A stretch of 59,302 bases of DNA from a virus: IMG/VR virus record IMGVR_UViG_3300031416_000008, positions 1-59,302 of that record, one strand, 5' to 3'. The position numbers were made by a program, and so were the translations under genes. Positions 26,293 through 37,900 of this stretch are shown piece after piece. Position 1 is the stretch's first letter, and every line of letters starts with the position of its first letter. A model generated the notes under the pieces. That model searched no databases. It was not told where the DNA came from and was given only the letters and a program-made list of their open reading frames with translations.

Positions 26293-26327
26293 GCGCATGA
26301 CGTGCCTCTTTCGAGAGGATAGTCATG
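26293..26327 (+). promoter_or_regulatory. Late leader element 2
   Basis: Box at 26293-26305. CATGAC pairs with GTCATG (ATG). Inner CCUCU-UUCG-AGAGG hairpin covers the SD. Confidence 0.6.
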
Positions 26328-28067
26328 CCTACAATCAAGCTTGGTGCTTTCACTGGCGAACAGCCCCGTTTGATATCGCGGCTCCTGCCTGCAACCGGAG
26401 CTCAATTCTCGGTTAATACACGGCTCGACGATGGCGGACTGACTCCGTTTAATAGTGCTGTGCAAGAAGCCGAGATTGCCTCCGCCAATGCAAAGACAAT
26501 CGTGAAATTCCAAGGTCAGTGGCTTTCGTGGCCTGGCATTATTCACGCTGCACAGGGCCCAGTGGCGGAGGAACGCCTCTATTACACCGGGGACGGCAAG
26601 CCGAAACTACGCGTTGGAAACACCGTTTATGATTTGGCTGTAGCGCGACCGAACGCGGCGCTAACTGCTACCTTGGGCGGTTCAGGCACTGGCGATGTTC
26701 AGACGCGCATTTACACTTACACTTATGTCACAGATTTGGGTGAAGAGTCCGAGCCGGCTCCTGCATCACCTGCGATTGACTGGAAACCGGGCCAGTCGGT
26801 TACGCTGTCAGGCCTTCAAGCCCCGCCTGCAGGACGTGCAATCACAAAGCAGCGAATTTATCGCTCACAAACCGGCAGCACCGGGACATACTTCTATTTC
26901 ATCGCCGAGCGTGCAGCGTCAGGTAATAATTTCGTCGATAATATCGCGGTCGATGCTTTTCAGGAAATGTTGCCGTCAGTTGCGTGGAATGCGCCACCAG
27001 ACAGCCTGCACGGGTTAATTGCTATGCCGAACGGCATGATGGCAGCATTCGATGGCAAGAAGCTCTATTTCTGTGAGCCGTTCCGTCCTCACGCCTGGCC
27101 GGAAAAATACGTGCTCACGACTGACACCGACATCGTTGGGCTTGGTGCAGTTGGCACGTCACTCATCATCATGACGAAAGCACAGCCGTATCTTGCGTCT
27201 GGTTCGTCTCCCGACGCGATGCAAATGGTGAAGCTGGAAAGCAATCTGCCGTGTATCAATGCGCGCGGCATTGTGGATCTTGGATTTGCGATTGCATATC
27301 CGTCCAATGAAGGTTTAGCGGCAGTTACGGCGAGCGGTGAAGCACGTTTGGTTTCCGGCGATATTATGAGCCGGGATGACTGGCTTGCGACTAATCCGAA
27401 AACAATTATTGGCGGGCAGCTTTCAGGCCGCTACGTGGCGTTCTATGACACACAGGACGCCAACGGCACGCAGATGCGCGGTGCGCTTTTTCTCGATCTT
27501 GGCACAACGCCCTACCTGATCCGGACCAACACCGCCGTCTCAGCTGCTTATTTCGAGATTGAAACCAGTGCCCTGTATTTTCTCGCGAAGGGCGAAAACG
27601 ATATTTATCGAATGGATGCGCCGACCGGCGATAAGGAATCGTACTATTGGAAATCGAAAGACTTCCACACGATGATGCCATTGAGCTATGCGGCCATTCA
27701 GGTTGATACAATCGATTTTGTTTCGCCGCTGGAATACAAGAATTATGAGACGACGAGGGCGCAGGTTTTGGAAAAGAACCAGCAGCTCATAAATTCTAAA
27801 ATTAGCCTGGGCGATTTGAACGCGGCGCCGATCAATCACGTTGCAAGCGGCGGGGACAATCTTCTGCGCCTCCCGACACCCCCGGGGAATGTTCGCGTTG
27901 GTATTTATGCCGACGACAGATTGGTGGCGACAATCACGCGCACCGGCTCACCGCAACGTCTACCGGCGATCAAAGCCACGAAATGGGAAATCGATGTGAG
28001 CGCGAATGTCAGCGTCTCTCAGATCGTCATGTCAACAACCATGGATGAATTGAGGCAAAACGTATGA
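26325..28067 (+). CDS. Large tail structural protein (580 aa)
   Basis: Position and size fit. Beta-rich sequence. Confidence 0.6.
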   Translation: MPTIKLGAFTGEQPRLISRLLPATGAQFSVNTRLDDGGLTPFNSAVQEAEIASANAKTIVKFQGQWLSWPGIIHAAQGPVAEERLYYTGDGKPKLRVGNTVYDLAVARPNAALTATLGGSGTGDVQTRIYTYTYVTDLGEESEPAPASPAIDWKPGQSVTLSGLQAPPAGRAITKQRIYRSQTGSTGTYFYFIAERAASGNNFVDNIAVDAFQEMLPSVAWNAPPDSLHGLIAMPNGMMAAFDGKKLYFCEPFRPHAWPEKYVLTTDTDIVGLGAVGTSLIIMTKAQPYLASGSSPDAMQMVKLESNLPCINARGIVDLGFAIAYPSNEGLAAVTASGEARLVSGDIMSRDDWLATNPKTIIGGQLSGRYVAFYDTQDANGTQMRGALFLDLGTTPYLIRTNTAVSAAYFEIETSALYFLAKGENDIYRMDAPTGDKESYYWKSKDFHTMMPLSYAAIQVDTIDFVSPLEYKNYETTRAQVLEKNQQLINSKISLGDLNAAPINHVASGGDNLLRLPTPPGNVRVGIYADDRLVATITRTGSPQRLPAIKATKWEIDVSANVSVSQIVMSTTMDELRQNV

Positions 28068-28324
28068 GCGTCCTTGACCCGTTACAGGTTGAAAAACTGG
28101 AAGTGCTGGCCGGCTCGCGAAAGCCGGGGGAGAGGCGCAGGGCAGCTATCCGCATCGAGGACTTACAGCAGCTCGCGGATTATTCATACAAACTGAAATC
28201 CAAAGAAGTCAGTGGCGTTCCCACCATGGAGCAGCACAACGCGCTCGCAGCCGATGTGCGCAATATCCACCAGACTTTGCAGGCGCTTTCGAGTGTATTA
28301 AGACAGCGGCTAGGGCTTTCATGA
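28064..28324 (+). CDS. Small late protein (86 aa)
   Basis: ATGA overlaps on both sides. Confidence 0.5.
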   Translation: MSVLDPLQVEKLEVLAGSRKPGERRRAAIRIEDLQQLADYSYKLKSKEVSGVPTMEQHNALAADVRNIHQTLQALSSVLRQRLGLS

Positions 28325-28734
28325 CTCCAGCAGTTCTTCGCCTCATGTTGCGCCCCACTTTGTCGAAGGTAAAGCTGGGCCCCGAAGATGTAATATCGAT
28401 CGACTTTGCCAATAGACTGCGAGAATGGACAATCACGCGCCATCTGAACGCTGTTTGGACCCATATACCCAACGAGGTTGCTGGCGGCACGAAAAATGCC
28501 GGACTGAGATATTCCATTGCCAAGGCACTTGGGATGATCAGCGGCGCGGCAGATTACGTTTTCTTGTGGGCAGGCGGAAGCGCGGCCATTGAAATGAAAT
28601 CCGAGACGGGGAAGCAAAGCGCGAACCAGACCGATTTCCAGAAGTGGTGCGAGGTGATGAGCGTGCCTTATTACGTTGCCCGATCAGCTGATGAAGCCGA
28701 AAAAATCTTGCGAACGCTTGGAATCCTCAAATGA
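28321..28734 (+). CDS. VRR-NUC domain nuclease
   Basis: GAADYVFLWAGGSAAIEMKSETGKQSANQTDFQKWC...PYYVARSADEA matches VRR-NUC (D..E-x-K..Q). Confidence 0.75.
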   Translation: MTPAVLRLMLRPTLSKVKLGPEDVISIDFANRLREWTITRHLNAVWTHIPNEVAGGTKNAGLRYSIAKALGMISGAADYVFLWAGGSAAIEMKSETGKQSANQTDFQKWCEVMSVPYYVARSADEAEKILRTLGILK

Positions 28735-29156
28735 GCCTTGAATTTGATCATTCGCGCCGCCCGAAATATAGAAACTGGGCCGCAGAGATAATTGGTATTC
28801 GCAATTTCCGGCCGGATGCTGTGACCATCACCGCCTTAAAGGCGGGTGAAATCACCGCCGTCACGGTATTCGATACGTTTTCGGACAATGATTGCCAGAT
28901 CCATGTTGCATCGGATGGTTCGCGAAATTGGCTATCGCGGCAGTACCTGCAGATGGTTTTTGCATATCCCTTTCGACAGTTGGGTTTGCGCCGGCTTACG
29001 TCACTTGTGTCAGTGAACAATGCCGCATCGCTAAGTTTTTGCCAGCAATGCGGCTTTATTCGCGAGGGACAGTTGCGAAAAGCCGCCGAAAGTGGTGAAG
29101 ATTTAGTCCTGTTCGGGATGCTACGCGAAGAATGCCGGTGGCTCCCGCTCTTTTGA
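28731..29156 (+). CDS. GNAT-family N-acetyltransferase
   Basis: QLGLRRLTSLVSVNNAASLSFCQQCGFIREGQLR is the GNAT motif A/B region. Confidence 0.75.
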   Translation: MSLEFDHSRRPKYRNWAAEIIGIRNFRPDAVTITALKAGEITAVTVFDTFSDNDCQIHVASDGSRNWLSRQYLQMVFAYPFRQLGLRRLTSLVSVNNAASLSFCQQCGFIREGQLRKAAESGEDLVLFGMLREECRWLPLF

Positions 29157-29167
29157 GGGAGATAATC

Positions 29168-29449
29168 GTGGGCGCGAATAGTTGGGAAGATGCGGTAAGC
29201 AGCACGGGTTGGGCGCTCGACCCAATGTTTTTTGTGTTTCTCGCATGCCTCGGATTCGCGCTTTGGTTTATCGATCGGAACTCTGAGCGGCTCGGTGACG
29301 CGCTCTTTGCAGGATTTATGTCTTTCGGATTCTGCGCTGCCCCGGTTTTCGCAGCGCTTTTAGCCGTTGGCCTGGCACCCACATATTCAGCGATTGCAGC
29401 GGCAGGCGCTCTTGCCTTTGGCTCTTGGTATCTTTTGTGCAGGCTATAG
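29168..29449 (+). CDS. Small polytopic membrane protein (GTG start preferred)
   Basis: GAGGGAG SD upstream of the GTG at 29168. Three hydrophobic segments. Confidence 0.45.
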   Translation: MGANSWEDAVSSTGWALDPMFFVFLACLGFALWFIDRNSERLGDALFAGFMSFGFCAAPVFAALLAVGLAPTYSAIAAAGALAFGSWYLLCRL

Positions 29450-29487
29450 CGTTCACACCGTAATTTCATTATAAAGGGTCAACCAAG

Positions 29488-29532
29488 GCGCATGATGTGC
29501 TGACACCTGATTAAGTTGAGGTTCACATCATG
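29488..29532 (+). promoter_or_regulatory. Late leader element 3 (covarying copy)
   Basis: Box GCGCATGATGTGC. CATGATGTG (29491-29499) pairs with CACATCATG (29524-29532). Confidence 0.6.
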
Positions 29533-30699
29533 GGTAAAGGTTCGTCCTCCGCTCCCGATCCAGATCCTAATATCGGTAAAGCCGCTCTTAAGCAGGCTGA
29601 AACTGGTGAGCAGTGGCTTGCCTTTTCCAAGGAGTCTTTCGCAGTTTCGCAGGAGCGCCAGAAAGAACTGGACGCCCTGACAAAGCGCGTCACCGAACAA
29701 CAGCTTGGCATCGCCGATCAACAGGCGGCGTGGGCGAAATCCGATCGAGAACGATATGAAAATACGTTTAAACCGATCGAAGATCAGTTCATTCAGGAGG
29801 CGACGAATTACGCCACACCTGAAAAACAGGCCGAGGCGGCAGCGACTGCATCAGCAGACGTGCGCGCGGCGCAGTCGTCGGCACAAGAACAGGGGCTTCG
29901 CCAGTCCGCTTCCCTCGGTATCAACCCAACGTCTGGTCGATACGCTGGAATCGATCGTGCAACTGACATGGCATATTCGCTTGCCGACGCGGGCGCGAAG
30001 AACAATGCCCGTCAGGCAGTACGTGACAAAGGCTTGGCACTTAAGGCCGACGTGGCGAACCTTGGACGCGGATTGCCGGCGCAGTCAGCGCAGGCGCAGT
30101 CTTTGGGGCTGGGAGCCAGCGGTGGGGCACTTGGTCTTAATCAGGGCACCAACGCCCAGTCTATGCAGGCATCCAACATTGTGAACTCCGGCTACGCGGG
30201 CGCGATGCAGGGTTACGCCGGTATGGGTCAGACCCTTAATCAGCAGTATGCTACGCAGGTCAGTGCATGGGAAGCGCAGCAGAAAGCCAATTCCGGTCTA
30301 TTTGGCGGCATCGGCGAAGCTCTTGGCGGTATCGCCGGCATGTTTATGTCGGACGAGAATGTCAAAGAGAACAAGGTGCCTGTTGAAGACGGCAAGGCGC
30401 TGGAAGCCATTGAGAAAATGCCGATCGAAGAATGGGATTACAAGGCAGGCGTTGAGGATGAAGGCCGACACATTGGCACCTATGCGCAAGACTTCCAGAA
30501 AGCGACCGGCAAGGGCGACGGCAAAAGCATTCCTATTATCGATGCAGTAGGAATTACCATGAAGGCCGTGCAGGACGTCTCGAAGAAGGTAGACGGACTC
30601 GCTAAGCAGATTGGCATTGGCGGCGCTAAGAATGCAAAGCCAGCTGCTCCAAAGGCTCGCCCGCGTAACATGGAACTTGGACTGGGAGTTGCAGCATGA
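29530..30699 (+). CDS. Virion protein with C-terminal peptidase S74 intramolecular-chaperone domain
   Basis: SDENVKEN...ALEAIEKMPIEEWDYK....HIGTYAQDF.......IDAVGITMKAVQDV is the S74 autoprocessing signature. Confidence 0.75.
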   Translation: MGKGSSSAPDPDPNIGKAALKQAETGEQWLAFSKESFAVSQERQKELDALTKRVTEQQLGIADQQAAWAKSDRERYENTFKPIEDQFIQEATNYATPEKQAEAAATASADVRAAQSSAQEQGLRQSASLGINPTSGRYAGIDRATDMAYSLADAGAKNNARQAVRDKGLALKADVANLGRGLPAQSAQAQSLGLGASGGALGLNQGTNAQSMQASNIVNSGYAGAMQGYAGMGQTLNQQYATQVSAWEAQQKANSGLFGGIGEALGGIAGMFMSDENVKENKVPVEDGKALEAIEKMPIEEWDYKAGVEDEGRHIGTYAQDFQKATGKGDGKSIPIIDAVGITMKAVQDVSKKVDGLAKQIGIGGAKNAKPAAPKARPRNMELGLGVAA

Positions 30700-31889
30700 G
30701 CTTCGGTGCAGGACTAGCGGGATTTGTTCGCGGGCTCGATACAGGCATGTCGATCCGCGAGAAATACGAGGCCAATAAAGAGCGCAAGGCGTTCAAGGCC
30801 CAGCGTGATCAGATCAATACTGATACCAAGTCTGCCTTTGCAGAGGCGAAGGCGGCTGGCGCTGTGCAAGATGGCGACTTCATGACCTTTTATCAAAAGT
30901 ACGCCTTACCAAAACAGCAGGCACTTTTGGTTGAGCAGGGTGACTATGGCGGCGCTAAGGCGTTGGGCGAATGGTCGAAGTCAGACGACGCACAGAATGG
31001 CGCAAAGCTTTTCGGTTCTGCAATGGTAAAGGTTCAGTCAGGCGATTATGACGGTGCGATTCAGGATGCTATCGCCGCCGGACAGTTGAAAGGCTATGTA
31101 AACACCGATCATAAGCTGACGGGCAGCACACCTATTCAGCAGAACGGGAAAACAATCGGATACCAGTTCCAGCTTTCAGACGGCGACGGCAAAGCATACA
31201 CTCGCAATATCCGCCTGCAGGACATTCCAAATACGATTGCGACCTACGTTAATCCGGAAGCAGCTTGGCAGACGCAAGTCGGCGCGGACGCAGCTCAGAA
31301 GAAACGAACACAAGAGCTCGACGATTATCGGACGAAAAAGAAGATCGACAAAGAGTTTTCGACTGACAAGACCGAAGATGCTCAGGCTAAGCGTTATAAG
31401 GACGCTCAGGAGGCGCGCGCCAAAACCGACTATGACTGGGGCGATCGGTCCGCAGACGAACAGGACAAACTGATCCGCGAAGATTTGGCGAAACAGGATA
31501 AATTTGGCGCAGAGAAAGCGGCCACCAAATCGGGCAATTCCGCAAGCGCTGCGCCTGGCTTAAATCCTGCTCCCCAAAAGCAGCGTATGATTGTCGACAC
31601 CGAAACAGGAAAGCCCGTTCCTATCACCGCTCCAGATCAGACGAAGGCGCTTGGCATTTCCGCTCCTACACAGAGCGCACCGGCTGCATCACCAGCTCCG
31701 GCTCGAAAGTCTGCACCGACCATTGAAAGCACGATAGCGGATGCGACTGATCAGCTATCACAGGGTGCAAACCCTGAAATGGTGAAGCAGCAGTTGCTCA
31801 ATGCTGGCGTTCCGGAAACCAATTGGCCTGATCAGCTGACCAATGCGAAGAAAACAGCGGCCAATGGTGCTGTGGGGATCAGCTTCTAA
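30696..31889 (+). CDS. Probable internal virion / ejection protein (397 aa)
   Basis: Lies between the S74 protein and the giant gene. Lys/Asp-rich helical middle and Ala/Pro-rich tail. Confidence 0.5.
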   Translation: MSFGAGLAGFVRGLDTGMSIREKYEANKERKAFKAQRDQINTDTKSAFAEAKAAGAVQDGDFMTFYQKYALPKQQALLVEQGDYGGAKALGEWSKSDDAQNGAKLFGSAMVKVQSGDYDGAIQDAIAAGQLKGYVNTDHKLTGSTPIQQNGKTIGYQFQLSDGDGKAYTRNIRLQDIPNTIATYVNPEAAWQTQVGADAAQKKRTQELDDYRTKKKIDKEFSTDKTEDAQAKRYKDAQEARAKTDYDWGDRSADEQDKLIREDLAKQDKFGAEKAATKSGNSASAAPGLNPAPQKQRMIVDTETGKPVPITAPDQTKALGISAPTQSAPAASPAPARKSAPTIESTIADATDQLSQGANPEMVKQQLLNAGVPETNWPDQLTNAKKTAANGAVGISF

Positions 31890-31938
31890 ACCCTCTCGCG
31901 TACGCGCGCGAAGCTGTATATAGTCGCCGCGTTCCAAT

Positions 31939-31973
31939 GCGCATGACGTGCTAACCGAGCAGGGTACGTCATG
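31939..31973 (+). promoter_or_regulatory. Late leader element 4
   Basis: Box at 31939-31951. CATGACGT (31942-31949) pairs with ACGTCATG (31966-31973). Confidence 0.6.
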
Positions 31974-34900
31974 GCTATTACACTGGATTCAAACGCTGAT
32001 CTTGATGCTTTCTTTGGCTTGGAAAAAGCCGGAAGCAATTCTCCCGCAACAGACAATCGGGAGACTGACGACAAACGTCCGATCCAGTCTGCATCTACAG
32101 AATCCTCGCGTGTGCCCCGTCTCCAACCTATCGGCATAAACTTTGACGCGCCAAAAGCTTCAAATCCGCCCGCCAGCGCGCCCGAAGCTTCAAAGGCTAC
32201 ACAGACTCAAGAAATCCCATCAGCCCCGCAGGCGACCCAGCCAGCGGAAATATCGGGTGTTTCCGCGCGTGATTGGAATGACGCCGTTAATACGATTATC
32301 GCAGAAGCCGGCGGCGACGGCCCTGTCGGTATGCTTGGCGTTGCGAGCACCATTCGCAACCGTGCAAATATTCGAGGCAAGACAATCGGCGATATCGTCC
32401 GCGCCCCAAGCCAGTTTGAAGGCTTTTATGCGCCGGGCCCTAAAGCCGTGGAAGCGCAGAACAATCCGCAGGTGCGCGCAGAAGCCGAGCAGATCCTTCG
32501 TGGTGTTCTAACCGGAGAATTAAGCGATCCGACAAATGGTGCTGACCACTTCCACGCCAACGGTATTAATCCGAAGTGGGCCAGCTCCATGCCGGAAACG
32601 GCGCGAATTGGTGGCCATGTTTTCTACAACTCCAAGCAGGAAGGTGCACCGCGTCAGGTCGCGTCGATGGACCCCGCTATCGGGCTTGATGAGCCGCGCG
32701 GCAATCGTCGCGGTCTTGCGAACCTCGTTCCCGAACAAAAGGAACCGGAAAACACGAAAACCGGCAGCTTGGCGTTCGTCAACCCCGGTCAGGAAAAGAT
32801 CAACCCCGCATTCGCCTCCGTTCTGCAGGACGTTTCCGCTGACATTGGCAAGGGCCTTGTCATCACTTCCGGATACCGATCGCCTACGCATCGGGTGGAA
32901 GCAGCGAAGAAAAAGCCCGGTCAGCATTCACATGGTACAGCTGTCGATATAAGCTTGAAGGGTATGAACGGCCAGCAGCGTTTCGATCTTGTGCAATCGT
33001 TGAAAGCGCGTGGCGTTCGCCGTTTTGGCACCTACTCAAACTCTCCAGATATCATCCACGTCGACATGCTTCCGATGAAGGATTCGAAGGATGGCTTCTG
33101 GTACATGCATAATAAGTCGGTCAATAACATGGGCGGTGCTCCAGATTGGCTAAAAGCAGCGCGCGCAACGCGCGTGAAGCGATATGATGTGCCGCAGGGC
33201 AAGGCTATCGAGGCCGGCGCGGATTTCCGTTTTGATGGCGATCCAGAACCAGTTGCGCAGAAAACACCAGCAACTCCAGAAGTGGAAAGCACTGAGCAGC
33301 CGACCGAAGCTGATCCGATCGACGCGCGCCTCGAAGAACTCAATAAGTCAGAGCCCGGCAAGTACCAGGCAATGACTGAAGACGAATATGCCAAGTGGCG
33401 TGAGGAGTGGGAAGCCAATCAGCCCGGTATTCTACAAGACGTCGCGCGTATGGTCGCCGCTGGGGCTGTCACAGGTACCGCATCAATCATTAAAGGTATT
33501 GGTCGCCTTGATGCAGCCTTCAATGCGAACGTCCTTAATCCACTTTTCGGCACAGAATTTAGCGAAAGCAACGAATACGACGTGCCTGCCGGTTGGGTTG
33601 AGAAGTACGGCGAGGGCATTAAGAAGGGCGTTTCGCAGGCGACCAAAGACGCTATCGAAACCAGTACGCCTGATGGCGATCTATTGGACCCGTCAACTTG
33701 GACGCTCGGTACTAACCCATCGGCAAGGGGCCTTGTTGCCCTAGGGGCTGACGTTTTCGGCTCAATGGTTCCAGTGGTCGCGGCAGCTGTAGCGACCGGC
33801 GGTACGGGCGGATTTATTGCAGGCGGTGCGCAGGGCGCAGGCGGTGCAGAAGATCGGGCCAAGCAGATCATTGATGAGCTCGCAGCAGAGCCCGGCGCGC
33901 TCGAAACTCAGTCTGCTTATTTCCGTGAGCAAATTGCATCCGGAAAATCCCGCGAAGAAGCGATCAAAGCCACTAAGGACGCGGCAGCGAACATTGCGTC
34001 TGTATATGCAGCACCAATTGCGGGTGTTGGTGGCGTACTCACCGGCAAAATTGTTCACCCAGCCACCAATATTCTCGCAAGCAAAGCACTGCCCGCTCGC
34101 ATTGCAGGCCGCGCAGTCGCCGGCGCGTTGGAAGAAGGTTCGCAGGAAGCGCTTGAAACCGTAGGCGCTAACGCTGGCGTCAATCAGGCGATCGGTACTG
34201 ACCTCAACGTCACCGACGGTACATTCGGCGACTTTGTTCTCGGTGCCATGGCGGGCGGCGCTACCGGTGCTGCAGGTGGCGTCACCAGCCGCAGATCAGC
34301 ACCCCAGAGCGAAGCAGCCACGGAAACTCCAGCGGCGGCTCCAGCTTCCGACCCAGTACAGACAACGGCTCCAGAACCACAGGACACACCACAGCGCAAA
34401 GGCCCGCTTTCGCGCGCGTTCGAGGAATCCGCGTCACGTACTGATCTCGAATACGTCGTCAACGATCCAGATATCGATGGTAGCGGGCCCGGCGAAATTC
34501 ACGGTCAGACTGTTCAGATATCGGCCAATCAGGATCGGGTGCCAGCAGGGATGCGCCGCGTCATCGATCAGAGCGGCGTAGAACGCGTCATTGGCGATCG
34601 GGTACTGATGCCTTTGACACAAGCGCAGGAAGCCGGAATCCGTCCAGCCGATCGCACTACTGCGACAAGCGTCCAGTCAGGTAAAGGCGCTCCAACCGTC
34701 GGGTCAACAGTTAATGTTACTTTGCCAGACGGCAGCTCCATTCGCGGCACAGTTGATAGTTACGCCGATGGTGAAGCGGTTATCACTGATGAAGTCGGCG
34801 AAGTGTTTCAGGTTCCGGTTTCGTCTATCGCCGCTCTAGAGGCCGCAGCAGCTGTGAAACCGGGCCAGCTTCCAACCGATGCACTGCCGGAGCGTGATGC

Positions 34901-37900
34901 AGACGCGCAGGACGAGTTGCCAGCGCAACCACCAATGGCTTCCGAAACCACTGTCGAAGAAGACGTTGCGCCCGTCGATCGGCAGAAGAATATTGTTTCC
35001 GCTGAAAACGCGCCCAAGGTTGGCCAGAGCGTTATTGTAAATGCGCCTGGCTTAAAGCGGGTTACCGGCAAGATCGAACAGTACGTTTACGAGGACGAAG
35101 AATACCAGGCTATCGTTCGCGAGAGCGGCGGCATGACAATTCAGGTTCCGATCGAGCATCTGTTTGTCGATTCTACGACCAATAAGCAGGCCGATGCGGA
35201 GGAGTTGCGCAGGAATCCGCCTGTTGATCGTCCTGACATTGACCCCAACGAACCGCGTGTCCGTAAATTTGGAGACAAGGCGGTCCGTCTGCCCGATGAT
35301 GAGTCACAGCGTATATTCGATCTTGGTCAAAACCGGGCGATGGCCAAGCGCCTGCTGGGTACGTCTGAACTTGATAAAGATCGAGCAGCTGTGCCGGCAC
35401 AAAAAGCGCTGGCTGATGAACTTGGTATTTCTTTTGAAGACGCCGGCAAGCTGGCTGATGATTATCGGTACCGCGTCGAAAAAGCCGGTAAGCAGGCACG
35501 ATCGAAACTACCTGTCGAAATGCACTCAGTTAATCCCGTCATGCTCGATCGGATGCGCAAGCGGGTAGAAAGTCAGACAACAGCCGAGCCGGCGCCCGCA
35601 GTCACAGAAGTTTCGGTTGAAGCTGCTGAACCGGTATCGAAAGTCGAAACGCCACAGGTAACGGGCACCGACACAGAGACATGGTACAATTCCATGTCAG
35701 AAACAGATCGTGCCGCCACGCTTGCCAAATCGGGCATTAAGCGCTCGCCGAAAGCACCATTCGATAAGCTGTCGCCGAAAATCCAGCAGACGTTGAATAA
35801 GCAGCGTCAGGTTGAAAGCGAAGCACAGCAAGCCCCGATCGACATTGCGGCCGTACAAGCAGCGACGCATCCGGACAACGACATTGCGGAACCGACGCTC
35901 GCGCAGAAAGAAGCCGGAAATTATGCCAAGGGCCATGTGCGTTTAGGTGGCATGGATTTGTCGATCGAAAATCCAGCGGGCTCCGAACGCAAAGGCGTAG
36001 ATGCCACCGGCAAAGAGTGGTCCACAACGATGCAGGGCCACTACGGCTACATCAAAGGCACCATTGGCCGCGACAAAGACCACATCGACGTTTTTGTTAA
36101 GCCGGGCACCGCTGACGTTTCCGACACAGCGCCGGTTTTCGTGGTTGACCAGAAAAACCCAGACAATGGCCGATTTGACGAACATAAGGTCATGATCGGT
36201 TATGATAGCCAGCAGGAAGCCGAAGCAGCATATTTGGCGAACTATACGCCTGGTTGGAAAGGCATGGGCGACGTTACAGAAACAAGCCTTGCCAACTTCC
36301 GGAAATGGACCAAAGATGGCGACACCACAAAAGCTTTCGCTCCGAAGTGGTTTGGCACGCGAGAAAAGGCAGATGCCTACGTCGCGAAGAACAACCTTTC
36401 AGATACGCACTCTGTCGTAGAAAACGGCAAGCGCTTTGAAGTCCGTCAGGCTTCCGACAATGCTGCACAAACTGCAAAACCGGCGAATAATATTCAAAAT
36501 CGTTCCAACAACGATTTGGAACGCTTGAAAAACGATTACCGCCGCCAAGTTGCCGAGGCTCCTTTCGCTGACGTTTGGGGATCAGATCGCGAGCCCGTTT
36601 ATGACGCACTGTCACAGCTGGCGGAAAAATCGCCGCTAAAAGACAGGGAGATTGTTTACGCGGTACGTGAAAATGCCAGTGATGCGGACCTCTTGAGTGC
36701 AGCTGCTCGGACGTTCGGCGTTGGCGGCGCTGGCGGCAACAAGTACATGGTTGAAACCCGCGAAGGGCCGACTGTCACTGTCACGTTAGAAAAAGATAGT
36801 GGGCCAGAAAAGATTGTCCTCAAGGGCAAAAAGCTGGCTGACACTCTGCGGCGCGAATTTACCCGTACCGTAGAGGAAATGCGTGAAGATGCGATACGCG
36901 CGGGAAAAACGCGCGCATTCATCGACAAGAAAAAGGCGGAACACAGAGAAAAGACTGCGAGCAAAAATAGCAGTGCGTTGGTGGGTGAGCCGCTTCCCAC
37001 GCGCGGTGTTGCGCCCGCCAATATAGGTAGTGACGGCAATACCTACGTCGGAAAGCCCGGCGGTGTTCATTTCGAGATTAAAAGGCCTGACGGCGTGGAA
37101 TGGACCGATATCGGTTTTGTAAATCCATCCGGTCAATTCCTTGATCGCAAACAAGCGTTTGAATGGGTCGAGCAGAATGAACAGCGTGTCCGCCCCTCAG
37201 ACAATATGGACGCATCCCTCGATGCGCTCGATTATCGTGAGCAGGTTCCAGAGCGAGTGCGAAAGTCGGGCAAAAAAAACGCAGAAAAGCTCGACACCCT
37301 AATCGACACTGGTCAGCTGACCGCCGCATCCGATTGGGGCGCTTCCAATAAATTAGTTTCACGCGATCGAGCAGATGAAATACGTAAGAAGCTCCGCGCG
37401 AAACTGAATGGTCAGATAAATTCGGGCATTGATCCGGAAATTCTAGCGCTGGGAACCGAGCTCGCGGCATTCCACATCGAGGCCGGTGCGCGTAAGTTTA
37501 CAGACTTTGCACGCGCTGTTGCTGTAGACATGGACGCAAGCATTGAAAAGCTTCGCCCATTCCTACGGGCGTGGTATAACGGCGCGCGCGACATGATGGA
37601 GGATTCCGGGCTTGATATTTCAGGCACCGATGATGCCAATGCTGTAAAGAGCGCACTCGCAACGCTAAAGGACGTGGACGATGGAAGCCTTTCAAAACTG
37701 GAAACGAGAAGCGGAGCTGCATTGGAAGCAGTTTCAGCCGAACCGTTACAAGGAACTGAAAGCGGGCGGAAAGCTCGATCAGGCGTTGACCGAAGCGGCC
37801 AATCAGACAGCACTGGAAATGAACCAGCTGACGGAAAGCGGCTTCCAGCCGGACGAAGCGTTTCAGATGGTGAGACAGAACTATCTGTTCCCGCCAGAGG

